From the NCBI RefSeq assembly GCF_001194135.2, contig NC_068982.1, positions 29,470,356 to 29,534,355 of the forward strand: a stretch of DNA of 64,000 bases, read 5' to 3'. The notes under the pieces were generated by a model. That model made no database searches. It had not been told where the DNA came from and saw nothing but the letters and a program-made list of their open reading frames with translations. The stretch comes from Octopus bimaculoides. Lineage: Eukaryota. Positions 1 to 12,766 of the stretch are shown piece after piece. Both the position numbers and the translations under genes were made by a program. How positions within the stretch are numbered: position 1 is the first letter of the stretch; each line of letters opens with the position of its first letter.

Positions 1-236
1 GTCATACGTTCCCTCCACTAATCCACTATAGAATGCGTTAGTTGTGATGCAGTTGCTCAAGGTTGACCCGGGTTGTTGGAGTTGCCGAAGAGCAGCGCGA
101 CACTCGCGGTGCCATTCGCCCTTCCTCGGCCTCTTCTTGATCCACGACTGCAGTTCGGTCATGGAGACGAGCTGCGGGAAAGCGCGCCGCACAAACGGCG
201 ACCACACCTGTTCACCGTTGTCTACATAGAGCCGGA
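1..236 (-). mobile_element. 5'-truncated L1/Tx1-like non-LTR retrotransposon ORF2 fragment, running off the window start
   Basis: CpG-rich; reverse complement of 17181-17416 with about 8 mismatches by my count; translates as LRLYVDNGEQVWSPFVRRAFPQLVS(M)TEL..., resembling the post-RT region of Tx1/L1 ORF2. Clade assigned from recall only. Confidence 0.55.
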
Positions 237-237
237 G

Positions 238-300
<63 letters not shown>
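238..300. repeat. (GATA)n microsatellite abutting the Tx1-like fragment
   Basis: Perfect GATA run, seen directly. Confidence 0.95.
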
Positions 301-302
<2 letters not shown>

Positions 303-880
303 TAGCGTATATAATACATATAAATGTAAAAACACCCTTCAGGCTGCAATAGACAATAAAATAAAACAAAATTTAATCTATTCAGTCTATACATCTCAGT
401 ACCAAATTACCCACAGTCTAACACTGGTCCCTAGCCTGGTGGTTGTGGGCCCTTGAGTTAAAATATAAAGTAGGGTAACTATATACCACAAGTAATTAGT
501 TCAATAATGCTAAAATATAAGTAAAAACTTATCATGAATTAGCCATGGGTACCATAAACAGATGCGATTAAGATTGAAATATTTTCTCAGGAATCTTTAC
601 ATTACATTTTCCAATATATTGTTTGCTTAAAATTGGAAAAAAATTTTGCTGAGAAAATGTCTAAGTGTACTGATCAGACAAAAAAACCTGAAAAATTTGT
701 ACATTAATTTCACTCTCAATCTAAGTGAATTAAGAACTGTTTAAATTTTTTAAAATAATTTTTTGATTTAAAAATGTTTATTTATGAATCTAGAAATTTA
801 TCAATCTTCTTTATGCTTTATAAAATCTATTTTATAATGTATTTCAAGTATTTTTTTAGTGTAATTAATTCTCTAAAAGA

Positions 881-930
881 TTTCATACTGATGAAGGAAA
901 TGAACTTTCTGAAATAGAGATGTTAGTGAA
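881..930 (+). ncRNA. Degenerate type I hammerhead-ribozyme-like motif
   Basis: CTGATGA 888-894; stem II AGGAA/TTTCT; GAAA 911-914; 3-bp stem III with GAGA loop; GTT triplet; stem I TTCAT/GTGAA with an A-A mismatch next to the core. Confidence 0.3.
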
Positions 931-2272
931 TGTACAAACGATAAAAGCTAAAACTGAATTAAATTAATTTAAATTAAAAGTTAAATTATTGAAAATAGAT
1001 ACTGGAAAAAAAAGAATATGTTATTTTGTAATCATTTTATGAAGAATTGAAAGAATAGGGAAGTACTTTCCAGCAAGTCTTTCCTCTCTTGCAAAGCATA
1101 CAAAACATCCAGTGAACAAGTTCAACTTTTTAATAAGCCATACATTAAAAATAATTCAGTCAAAATAATCTAAAATAACAGAAATACAGCTTAATTATTC
1201 CAAACAGGATTTCCACGCACAATAAAATATCTGAAAAAGGATACACAAATACTGAGCATGCAAGCCACACACACACACGCATTTATACATGCAAACACAG
1301 AAATAATTTCAAAAGTACTAAATAAAGCAAGAAATTTTAATATATCTAGAAAAGGAAAAAGATTTCATATATTTCTTTAATCAATGAAACAGCTACAATT
1401 CTGAAATTAAATTGTTGTTTTACAAATAAAACCCAAATAAACCTTGTTAGTTCCATTATTGCAGAACATAGTTGGTCTTTTCCCAAAGAGCAGAGGTTGT
1501 AAAATCAGAATCTCGGTAGTTTATAGATGGGTAACAAATCTGCCCCTGTATGTAACACTACTTGATTGCATGTAACATTTACCGTGGGATCAGTTTCTCT
1601 TATCCAGTTATGTAAACTGTCTTGGTGCTACAGCAAAATTCTTGATGTTTGATGTCAACCAATGGGCTGACAAACGTGTTTCACAGATCATATAAATTGA
1701 CTCATTTCATCGCTAATATTGATAGAAGAATCAGTAGAAAAATGGATTAAAATATACAATTATTTGCATATTCACTTTCACAATATACAATTAAATATAA
1801 ATAAAAAATCTGTTAAATAATATTATGAAGGATAATGGAAATATATAGCATAAATGAAGAGTACCATATGGAATCATAAACAGTAGATTCTGTGTCTTGT
1901 GGAGAAAAAAATACTGATAAAAGTCAAATAATGCACAGAGCTTCTGTGTAACGTAAACAGCTGTCATGGTGAGTTGTATTCAAATATGCATGTTTGATGT
2001 ATGGTAATACATTTTGAAATTGTTAGATGTAGAAGATAAAGTTGAAAACATTATTTCACATTGTTATCATTTTTATTATTTAGAAGACATGAAAGTAAAA
2101 TATTTCTTTTTATCTCTTAATAAACAGAGATAAAAGAAGCAACCAAGCATCCAAAATATGATATCTTAAAAATAATTTTTTTTTAGAATTACAACTGCAA
2201 AACATGTTTTATAAGAAAGGAAGTTTGATTTTTAATTTTACTTAAAATTCTTGAATGAGATTAATGACTAAC

Positions 2273-2420
2273 CTCGTTTTTAAGTTTCTTAATTTCGGCA
2301 GTGTGTTCTTCTGTTTGCTGGACATAATGCCATTTCGCCTGCCTTTCACTGTCTAATATCTGTAGAAGATGCAAATGTTTCTGTTCCAGTTCTTCTTTGC
2401 ATTCTATCATCTTGCTATAG
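2273..2420 (-). CDS. Internal coding exon (148 nt, phase 2 to 0) of an unidentified coiled-coil protein: YSKMIECKEELEQKHLHLLQILDSERQAKWHYVQQTEEHTAEIKKLKNE
   Basis: T-rich acceptor ...AATTTTTTAG| at 2421-2422; donor GAG|GTTAGT at 2271-2272; open frame throughout; higher GC than the flanks; heptad-like, charge-rich peptide. Confidence 0.75.
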
Positions 2421-3439
2421 CTAAAAAATTTAATGAAAAGAAAGCGAGAGGTAAAAGAGAGGAAGAAATAATTAGAAGACAATTGAGAGATAAAAAGAAA
2501 GCAACAATATATTTTGAGTCTTACAATTATGAGTTATTAATATAAATAATACAGACAAAAAAAAAATTGAATAAATGAAATAAACATAACCACCAGAGAA
2601 ATGATATTTTTATTGAAAATAAACATTGTAGTAAGTGCAGACGATCCTAAATAGTAAAATGAACAATTTTAATTGTTGAAACACATCTAAAATATGAATG
2701 ATACTTTAATAAAAAGGAAACAATAAAAGTACAAGTATTTGTAACAGAAATATCACTAAAGACAAAGTCTAATTTAGTCAATGAAAAGGATTTGAAAGAA
2801 AAGTGTGAATGTTCTACATTTGACTTTATTTTATTGATAATTTTCTTTTCTCACTGATAACAAAGAAGTCACTGTAGATCTTGTGAAGGATAAAATTATC
2901 ATTTTATCAATTTAGTAAGATGGATAATGTCATATAGAATTATAGGAAAATAAAATTGTTTGAAGAAAATTATTACTTTCTTTTATTTGCTTTTTAAGTG
3001 TCAACATTCTGTATAGCAACAGCTAACTTGAAAGAAAAGTTAAATCAATGGATTGAATAAAAAAAAAGAATAGGACTTAAATATAATTCTTCCCATGACA
3101 AAATAAAATGGAAGACATCAATAATTCTTTTGTTTAAGGGAGAATAATTCAAGGAACTTTGCATTACATTCAAATCAATTCAGATCCCTAGAATCTATTT
3201 CAACAGCAATTTTAATATCCCATGTACAAAGAAAATCAACTTGAAGCTGTTTTGTTACAAAATATAACTGGAGACATATACATGTATATATATATGTATG
3301 AGAGTTGTATTCCTTATATATATATATATATATGAGAATTGTGATCTTTATATATATATATAAATGAATGTAGAAATAACATCTCACACATATGCATACA
3401 AGCATATATACATTCATACACACAAACATATATACATTC

Positions 3440-3640
3440 CCTGTACCTCTTGATCCACCAACTGTATCCTCTCTTATGCTCACCTTCTTGTACCTTGACA
3501 ATTTTCTCCGCCAGCCCATCACTCCCAGCTTCATTTTCTTCCCAGTTACTACTATTCATCCTTTTGATGTTGAATAGCCGTGTATCTATCTCTTGTACAT
3601 CAAAACACTAGTACTTGCCTCTTTATTGCACTTTAGCTTC
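3440..3640 (-). mobile_element. Decayed LINE RT C-terminal-like remnant, clade uncertain
   Basis: Minus-strand translation ...RLFNIKRMNSSNW...SWWIKRYRE resembles LINE ORF2 C-termini; no splice signals; flanked by microsatellites. Confidence 0.3.
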
Positions 3641-4056
3641 CTTCTCAGCACCTGGCACAAAAGCCATCCCTCTTCCCTAAAACCTCATGCCTTTTTCCCC
3701 CCCTTGTTTTTTTGTTTTTTCTATCTTGCAACTTGGAAACACCACTAGAGCCAGTAGTACAAAAATAACACCCAGTACACATTGTAGAGAGGCTGGCTTT
3801 AGAAAAGGCATCCAGCCATAGAAAACATGCCAAAACTGACAATGGAGCTCTGCTCTTGCCATTGCCAAATCTTAATAAACTGTCCGACCCATGTCAGCTA
3901 GGAAATGATAACACACACACACACACACACACACACATGGATATATTTATTTATATATATGTTTTTCTATATATAGTTGAAATTTGCAGAAAAACAAAAG
4001 ACGAAGACAGGTATATAAACAACAAGGAGGTGTTTTAGTTTAACACACACACACAT

Positions 4057-4088
<32 letters not shown>

Positions 4089-4493
4089 ACATAAAATATC
4101 TAAATATCTGACAAGATTGCATTGCAGGCATTACAGATTTATACTAAACCAAGCTTAATAATTAATTGTTAATTAGATTGATGAATTAACTGGTAATTGA
4201 ACTGACATAAAGACAAATAACCTAGTTCCTATTACAAAATCAATGTAAAACTGGAAAATATGTGAGATCTGAAAATTATCTTGACTCACATTGAAGACAA
4301 ACATTTTGAATACTTGAGTATTAATAAACAATTTTATTAAACAATAGCAACAAAATACTTCTCTTGAATGGTTTTGTTTTTCTAAGAGGAGAAGCAGAAG
4401 TGCTCATTGACTTGTATAAATAAATGAGGTTAATCCAATTGACATTTATTTTATTACCTGTTAATGTAACGATGGAATCTATATTTAGTGAAA

Positions 4494-4647
4494 GCGCAGG
4501 TATGGCTGTGAGGCTAAGAAGTTTGCTTTGAAATCACACAGTCTGGGGTTCAGTCCCATTGTGTAGCACCTTCTATTATAACCCTGAGCCAATCAAAGCC
4601 TCACAAGTGGATTTGGTAGATGGAAACTGAAAGAAGCCTGTCATATA
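4494..4647 (+). mobile_element. SINE family A, 5' half (tRNA-like head plus central domain)
   Basis: Matches 45768-45925 (GGTATGGCTGTG...GGGTTCAGTCCCA...GTGGATTTGGTAGATGGAAACTGAAAGAAGCC). Confidence 0.75.
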
Positions 4648-5276
4648 TTTTCCTCTAATCTTTTCGTTGTTTTAGTGATTAGATTGTAGCTACGCTGGGG
4701 CATCACCTTCAAGGGTCTAGTCAAACAAACCTACTCCTATAGGGTTTTTCAAACCTGGTACTTATTCTTTCTGGCACTTTTGCTCAGCCACTAATTTGCA
4801 AGGACATAAACAAACCAACATCTTTAAAATACAATTCCTAATAATATTTAGTGATAAAAATATAATAGCATTTTATAAAGATGGGGTCCAGTAGAGTAAA
4901 ATAGGAATCAAAGGGCTCCATAGGCAAAAAAAAGATTGAGAACCACTGGTCTAGTGTAATTACTTCTACAATAAAAAAGAAACCTAATTTTTAGAGGTAC
5001 ATTATGGTTAACTATAGAGAAAAATGCAAGTTCTCTATGAAGGTTTATCATAGTTTGATAGGGTTTCATTTGGTTTTCTTGACATATATGATGTCTGTGA
5101 TTTGAAACTTAAACAAAACTAAGATTTTGAAGCTCCTGTTTCAAGACAAATAACAGTTCCTTCACCCATCTGACGTCTCTTAGTTGACAGTTAATACAAG
5201 GGAGATAATCATTTCTTATTCAACAACAATGTGGAGGCTTGACCAGAGAAATTAAGTTCATGTATGAACAATGGCT

Positions 5277-5658
5277 GTGAAGGCACAATGGCCCAGTGGT
5301 TAGGGCAGCGGACTCGTGGTCATAGGATCATGGTTTCGATTCCCAGACCGGGCGTTGTGAGTGTTTATTGAGCGAAAACACCTAAAGCTCCACGAGGCTC
5401 CGGCAGGGGATGGTGGCGAACCCTGCTGTACTCTTTCGCCACAACTTTCTCTCACTCTTACTTCCTGTTTCTGTTGTGCTTGTAATTCAAGGGGTCAGCC
5501 TTGTTACTCTGTGTCACGCTGAATATCCCCGAGAACTACGTTAAGGGTACACATGTCTGTGGAGCGCTCAGCCACTTGCGCGTCAATTTCACGAGCAGGA
5601 TGTTCCATTGATCGGATCAACTGGAACCCTTGTCGTCATAAGTGACGGAGTACCAACA
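5277..5658 (+). mobile_element. Full-length tRNA-derived SINE with 13-bp target-site duplication
   Basis: A-box TGGCCCAGTGG; B-box GGTTTCGATTCCC; TSD ATGAACAATGGCT at 5264-5276 and 5659-5671. Confidence 0.9.
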
Positions 5659-5849
5659 ATGAACAATGGCTATTCTAGACAAAGATGAACTGTGATGATG
5701 TCCATACACAATTAAAAAAAAAAAAAAACGGAGGTCAATTAAGAATAAGCTGGTTTTTTTTTCACTTAAACCAGACCTGATCAAGCAGACCCATGATCAA
5801 AAGCTCTCTGGCCATGCCCACCCAATCTTCTATTCAGATACAGTGTACC

Positions 5850-6960
5850 TTAGACTATATTATCCAAAGTTTTCCTTCTTTTTATGTGATTTAAGGAACA
5901 TTTGACTGCTATTCCTAGCAAGTCAAGTGACTTTCTAAAGATACCCTGTGCAACATTATTGATCAGTGCTGCAAATTCCAGCATCCTCTTATCATAAATT
6001 TCATTGATTTCAAGAATGCTTTTAACAGTAATCATTGGGAGCCACTGCAGATGATTATTCATCTTGTGGCATAACTAAAAAGAATCTCTGACAACATTAG
6101 AACACTAGATGGGAATACAGAGCTGCTTTAGCCCCATGTCACTTGTTTTCTGTTGGTAATTTGTATCAAATTCATTATGACAAAGACTAAGCAGCTCAGT
6201 AAACAAAATTTAATGCGTGCACAAGAAGCTGCAAACCATGCATTTTGTTGATGGTATTACTTTGCTAAGCCATCATGTAGAAAGACTGCACAGGAAATAA
6301 CATCTACTTTAAATACAAATACAGAAAAGTTGAACTTTGTATCACCTGTGAGAAGATCAATATTATATCCACCAATTTATGACTATATCTATCTTATCAA
6401 GATTGGAAATAAGAATCTGAAGTATGTATCAAAGATCTCTATCTTGGAACAAAATTTCCTGTAAAAGTGGTAGAGAAGTTGATGGCTGCTACAGTAGTCT
6501 TCCAGTAACTGCACCATGTACAGGGAAAATTATGTTTTCCAATGACTGCTCAGTGTACAGGGAAAATTATGCTTTGACATGACCACTTATGGAGCCAAAT
6601 GCTATCTTTGCCTTGAAACACGAAAAAATTCAGATTGCATTTACAACAGACTTGATGTTTTTCACAGGTGCTGTATACAACCAACAATGTGAATTTCTTA
6701 GAGACCATGCTATTAATGAAAAAGTTATGTAAAGAGCTCAGATGGAAAATTTTTATCTCCTAGCACTTCTGTTGCACATGATGAATATTAATTCAGCTGG
6801 ACAGCTATTTCAAACATCAGTGAATATTTATTTTCTGTTTTCCCATATAAGTGGTGACAGATTTCTTCTTGGAATGCAGGTGATTGTAAGTACATACAAC
6901 TGACAGAGCCCAATGAAGTAGAAATAAAACTACCCTCTCAGTGGACACTGCTAGGGTGAT
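5850..6960 (-). mobile_element. Highly degenerate LINE (endonuclease/RT) remnant
   Basis: Broken minus-strand frames with LINE-like composition; no intact motif. Confidence 0.3.
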
Positions 6961-7097
6961 TTGTGTTTGCTTCTGATATATATATATATTGTATTTTTAA
7001 ATACACTGGGACAAGATCTTAACTGAAGTTTGCCTATGATGTATCGTTAACTATGATATACAGATATACAAAGGACTATATACACACACATGACCCC

Positions 7098-7099
<2 letters not shown>

Positions 7100-7176
<77 letters not shown>

Positions 7177-7228
7177 TGTATGTATGTATATATGTATGTG
7201 TATGCATGTGTGTGTGTGTGTGTGTGTG
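7100..7228. repeat. Compound (TA)n(TATG)n(TG)n microsatellite
   Basis: Seen directly; source of spurious YI/CV ORFs. Confidence 0.95.
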
Positions 7229-8662
7229 CGGGCAAACCTATTTTGTATGTATATGTCCACTCAGACAAAATAGGTTTCCATGCAACTTCTTTCCACTGAA
7301 TTCACTCACAAGTTGACCCAGGGTGTAGTAGAAGATGCTTGCTCAAAGTTCTCTGCAGTGAGACAGAAATAATAACAACATGATCCTGAAGCAGTTTTCG
7401 TAACCATATAATCATGGCTGCACCTTTCTGCATTAAAAAAAAAAAAACCTGTGAAATGGTTAAAGCAGGCATTTGTAAAGTATATTATGGTGGTGAAATC
7501 CAATAAGACTAAAACTTGTCCATAGTTGTCCTTCTGTCTACAGAAATCAGATTCTTTGCTTAACATGTGAAGTAATTTTGTGAGATTAATCATTAGTTCT
7601 ATTAAAATTATATCTCTTTTGGAGTTACTAATAGTCATTACTAGTTTGTTTTTCTTCTACCGTCTAAGAAAGAGATTTCACTTAATTAAGAATATTTACA
7701 TATATCATTCTGTACAACTTTTAAATTATCTATCTAAATGTATATCATTGGCCCACTTGAGTTATTGTTCTTAGCTTAGCTTATTTTTTTAAACTTCCCA
7801 ATATAGTATCATAGCTTGTGTATCTGTCATGTATGTAAAATTCTTAGAACCAGAAATGACATAGAAAGCTGTTGCTGCTTTTCAATTTCAAGCAGGTTTT
7901 TTTTTTGTTTATCTCTGCATTGTTTCTGAGGATGTATTGTCTTGTTTTATCCTACTTTTAATGATTATTTTATTAATTCAATAAAGTGTACTCACTTAAT
8001 TGTTATAAAATTGTTGTTGCTATCAGCTTAATGGTTCTGTTTTTTTTTTTTATGAGACTAAATGTGTTGCGACATGCTTTTTAGTAGTATTTAAGTAATT
8101 ATTATTTGTTTAATTTCATTTATTTCAGTTTCCTTTACACTGTATTAAAGCCTATCAAGTAATCTTAACTGAGAAATTACTTTAGAGAAAGAAACATTGT
8201 TTCTAGAAAGGTTGTTACTCTTCACAAAGACAGCTATTAGAGACTTTAGTGTAAACTAATGTGGTGTATGAATTGATTTCTGCCTTTGTTTCAACCACAA
8301 ATGTAACAGCAATTTCTTTAGGTTATACAGTTGTTGTTGTTGTCATTGCTGCTGTTGCTGTTTAGACTCAGGTCAATGCACTACAAGCATGATTGTAGTA
8401 TTTCATCTATGACCATCCTATATGATTAAAAGTTATTCAACCGTAACCATTCCATCCATTTTTTTTATAATTGGGATTGCAGTAACTGCATTGTTCTCAT
8501 TACACTAGTTTACAAAGAAATTGAGGCAAACATAGAAATAGTTGTTCTAGCCTAATTTTGGGGTGCTGATTTCAAATACAAAACCACTTTTCACTCATCA
8601 CTTCTAGTTTTTGAGATATACATTATTATGATTTTGCAACAATTCACATAACCATATATATG

Positions 8663-8912
8663 ATAATATAATAAATAAATGCACCCTTTTAAAGCCTAGC
8701 CAGGTTCATGGGCCCGGTTTCCTGGTTTCAATGGCGTATGTGGTCCCCAGTTGGATGAGACGCCAGTCCATTGCAACATTACTCATTTTTGCCAGCTGAG
8801 TGGACTGGAGCAACGTGAAATGAAATGTTTTGCATTGCCCGGTCCAGGAATCGAAACCACAATCTTATGATCATGATGCTGACAACCTAACCACTAAGCT
8901 ATGTGCCTCCAC
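8663..8912 (-). mobile_element. tRNA-derived SINE family D inserted inside the DNA transposon
   Basis: Homologous to 44118-44375; TSD AACCATATATATG at 8650-8662 and 8913-8925. Confidence 0.85.
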
Positions 8913-9034
8913 AACCATATATATGGTCAGTCTTTATTTTGTTTCCCAGATTTTTGTAATACATATGATATATATCTATACAATGGATTCAAGCACTTCA
9001 AAACACTGAGGAAGCATCAACAAGGCAAATTCAT

Positions 9035-10255
9035 TCTGCTATGCGTGTGGGGATTTCATGACAGTTGCACAGTGCTGAACAATTACTTCCCTCCTGAGAA
9101 CTGCTTACTTTCATTATTTTGATTGTAAAATTGGAGATCAGGACAAATTCTGGGCCCCACACATCTGTTGTAAACCCTATTACAATGAACTAACTGCATG
9201 ATTTAACAGCAAAAAAAGCAGCCTTCAACTCTGCTGTCCCAATGGTCTGAGAGAGCCATGAAATCATGCAGATGATTGTTATTGTTGTCTAGCAAATATA
9301 ACAGGTTTCAATGCTCCTTCTAGAAAAAACATCAAAATATCTCAACCTTCCCTTAGCTATGAGACCCGTTCCCCACTCAGATGATCTCCCTGTCTCTACA
9401 CTCCCAGAAAATAAAGATCTTCTTCTTTCATCAGATGAAGAAATGCCTTCAGGGGAAGATTCTGCCAAGATGATCTCTTCTGAAGATTATGTCTCTGTTT
9501 TTCAGGAGCAAGTAGTAATGAATCATGCAGGAAGACCTGAATCACCTTGCCCATGATCTGTATCTATCAGGACATGGAACCAGGACTTTGCTTCACTATT
9601 TGACATGGGGAACAGATTGTGCTACTGCACAAATGTCTCTGGCTTGTTCATCTTCCTTGGTTTCCTACACAATCCCTCAGACTGGCGTCTTTTCATAGAC
9701 TCTCCCAAGTGAAGTCTGAAGGCTGTGCTCCTGCACAATGGGAATAAATACCCCAGTATTCCCATTGCCCACTGAGTCCATCTGAAAGAGTCATATAACA
9801 ATACAGAGCTCCTTTCAGAAGCTGTCAAGTACAACCAGTACCAGTGAAGTATCCGTGGGGACCTCAAGGTCATTGGGCTCCTTATGGGTATGCAAGCAGG
9901 TTTCACAAAGTATTGTTACTTTCTCTGTCTCTGGGACAGTCGGGCTGTATCCAAGCACTACAAGCAGAAGGACTTGGGATCTAGGAGCACTTTCATGCCT
10001 GGTGAACACAGTGTCCAAGAAAATCCTCTGATGGACATTAACAAGGTGCTTCTTCCTCTTCATATCAAGCTTGGTTTAATGAAGAATTTCATGAAAACCA
10101 TGGACAAAAATGGCACTGCCTTCCAACACTTGTGCACTCTCTTCCCAGCTCTGAGTTCTGCTAAGCTCAAGAAGGGCATCTTCATTGGACTTCAGATCCA
10201 AGAAGTGCTGAGGGATAAGGCCTTTGAGGAGCTTCTTACCTTAAAGGAACTGACA
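9035..10255 (+). pseudogene. Transposase pseudogene with stops and frameshifts (Chapaev-3-like)
   Basis: Motifs CKIGDQDKFWAPHICC, ADDCYCC, YLNLPLAMRPVPHSDDLPV, GMQAGFTKYCYFLCLWDSR, LHIKLGLMKNFMK, LSSAKLKKGIFIG. These are typical of a widespread animal transposase family; the superfamily name is from recall. Confidence 0.8.
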
Positions 10256-10312
10256 AACAGACCCACACCAACTTATACATATGCATACACACACATACAT
10301 ATAAATATTTAA

Positions 10313-10393
10313 GGCTCTGATGAAGCTCTAGTATGTTATTCAGGCACTTGACTCTCAGTCCACTGCATCTAATTGTAGAAACAGCTGTAAGCT
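10313..10393 (+). ncRNA. Minimal hammerhead-like motif with palindromic stem III
   Basis: CTGATGA 10317-10323; GAAA 10378-10381; palindrome ACAGCTGT then A (GTA triplet); stem I GGCT/AGCT; stem II long and poorly paired. Confidence 0.4.
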
Positions 10394-10489
10394 AATGAAA
10401 CGCATAAGATAATCATTTATTCCTTTGTCACCTCATTTTCTTATATAAATATATATATATGTAAATACATATATATATATGCATTTATG

Positions 10490-10697
10490 TGTGACTGGCC
10501 CTCGGGCCGGTGGCACGTAAAAGCACCCACTACACTCTCGGAGTGGTTGACGTTAGGAAGGGCATCCAGCTGTAGAAACTCTGCTAGATCAGATTGGAGC
10601 CTGGTGCAGCCTTCTGGCTTGCCAGTCCTCAGTCAAATCGTCCAACCCATGCTAGCGTGGAAAGCGGACGTTAAACGATGATGATGATGATGATGAT
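10490..10697 (+). mobile_element. RTE-type LINE 3' tail (or RTE-tail SINE) ending in GTTAAAC(GAT)n
   Basis: Conserved AGGAAGGGCATCCAGCTGTAGAAAC...CCCATGCTAGCGTGGAAAGCGGACGTTAAACGATGATG; many homologues in the window. Confidence 0.75.
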
Positions 10698-11825
10698 ACA
10701 TACATAAATGATAGGCTACTTTCAACAAAATCCACTTACAAGCTTTTGTTCACCTGGGGCTATAGTAAAAAACATTTTCTCAAGGTGTCGTACAACGGGA
10801 CTGATCTCACAACTACTTGGTTGGGAAACAAACTTCCTAACTTGCACTGCCATGCCTGTCTCAAATGTGAACAAACAAAAGCAATTGCGAAGTAAGGTAT
10901 TAAATACAATTTTTCTTGGTTAGAAAAAATAGAAACAAAATCCCAGTGGTTGGGCAATATCTTGCATTAGTAATGTGTAAGACATTGCAGTGTGATGCAG
11001 CAGAAAAGTAAAACAAAACTTGGCTGTGGAATGAAGAATTAATTCTCAGATTATAATTAACTTGAGATAATTGGAAGTAACCACTGAAACAGAATAAGAT
11101 CATTTGTGGTATTTACTTATAAATGAGATCAATATAAGGGTGTGTTTATGAGAACTAATTGAAATGAGTGATTAAATAATTAGTAATTATATAATTAGAT
11201 AGTTAATAATTCAATAAGTAATTAAATAAATAAAAGATAGAAGTATAAATATAGAGAATAAATGGTTAAATAAATAACTAATTAAATAATTAAATGAATA
11301 AATGTATCTAAGTGATTGAATAATTAAATGAATATAGAGTTAATTGAATAAGGAGATAGTTGCATGATTAAATAACAAACAAATTTATAATAAGGGATAA
11401 GTTAGGGGTACATTTAGTGAGTAAATAAGGAATAAATATGTGAAAGGAGTTGAGGAAGTCATATGAAGTTATATGATATGTAAGACAAAAGATGGGCTAA
11501 GGTTTCTACCCAGCTACTTCCACTTAGCCATGTATCTTCTCTAAAGCAAAAAACTGTGATTGTCTCTGGCACGAATCCATCTTTCTCTCCATTCAAATAC
11601 TCCACCTCTTAGTTGAGGGATCTTTTTCCTTTTTCTTTCTTTGTTTTTTTTCTTGTTATTTTTCTGCCTTGCAAGTTACTTAGCAAACCCACTAATGCTG
11701 GTGGCACAAAAGAAAAAAAAAAAATCCCACCAAGTGTACACTGGTAAGTGGTTGGTGTTAAGAAGGGCATCCAGTTGTAGAAACATAGTGACAGGCGAAA
11801 CACCACTAAACATTTCATCCAGTGC

Positions 11826-12252
11826 ACTAGTTGTCAAAGATCATGAAGAAAAAAAATGCTTTCTAATTGATGTATCAATACCAGTAGATGACAACGTTTC
11901 TCTAAAAGAAATGGAAAAACTTTCAAAATGCAAAGACCTGGAAATAGAGATAACTCGAATGTGGAATCTAAAAACAGAAACAATTCCTATTATAGTAGGT
12001 GCCTTAGGTATAATAAAAAAATATTCAGACAAATACATAACAAAAACACCAGGACTTACAAATACATATAACATACAGAAAATTGCACTACTGGGCACTG
12101 CACACATCCTACGCAAAACACTTTCAATACAGTAACCATAAGAGCACCACAGCAAACCACAACACATACCCAAGGCGCACAGAGCTGCGCTCGGTAGTGA
12201 AGTGAAAGCACGTTATAAAAATAAAACTACTGAACAATAATAATAATAATAG
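11826..12252 (+). mobile_element. R4/Dong-like non-LTR element 3' end (restriction-like endonuclease domain), copy 1
   Basis: VVKDHEEKKCFLIDVSIP...KEMEKLSKCKDLEIEITRMW...IPIIVGALG...LLGTAHILRKTLSIQ*; 3' UTR ends in (AAT)n. Confidence 0.85.
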
Positions 12253-12721
12253 ATAAATGGTATGAACATAAATCTAGTAAAGTACTAGAAAGTAAAAAAT
12301 ACAAGATGTTGTGGGACTTAAACATTCAGACTGACAGAGTAATAGAAGCTAGAAGTCCTGATTTGGTAGATAAAGAGAATAGAAAATGCCAGATAATTGA
12401 TTGTCCCAAATGATGAAAAAATTAATGAGAGGTATAGGAAAAATAGCAAAGTACCAGGACTTAGCTATTGAATTACAGAGACTATGGAATGTATGGGTAA
12501 AATGTATCCCAGTAGTTATAGGTGCATTAAGAACTATCCCTAAAGATTTGAACAGATGGATAAAGGAAATAGGCATAAAACCCGGTTTAGTACAGCTCTA
12601 GAAAACAGTGTTATTAGGGACAGCTAGGATACTTAAGAATGTTCTTGGCATCTAAGGCTACTTGTTGTAGCCCGATGTTAGGATTCTTTTCCAACAGTCT
12701 AATCTGTTGAGTGTATATGAA

Positions 12722-12763
<42 letters not shown>
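12253..12763 (+). mobile_element. R4/Dong-like RLE 3' end, copy 2 (different subfamily, frameshifted)
   Basis: WYEHK...LWDLNIQTDRVIEARSPDLV...KIAKYQDLAIELQRLW...IPVVIGAL...LLGTARIL; followed by (AAT)n 12721-12763. Confidence 0.85.

Positions 12764-12766
<3 letters not shown>

Larger units (their letters stand above)
8503..10255 (+). mobile_element. DNA transposon relic, Chapaev-3-like (CMC group), 3'-truncated
   Basis: Putative CACT 5' terminus at 8503; subterminal block TAATTTTGGGGTGCTGATTTCAAA; transposase pseudogene downstream; right end not found. Confidence 0.65.

Noticed and set aside
1583-1627. 45-nt phase-0 candidate next exon (HQDSLHNWIRETDPT)
   Set aside because: Weak splice signals; too short to distinguish from chance.
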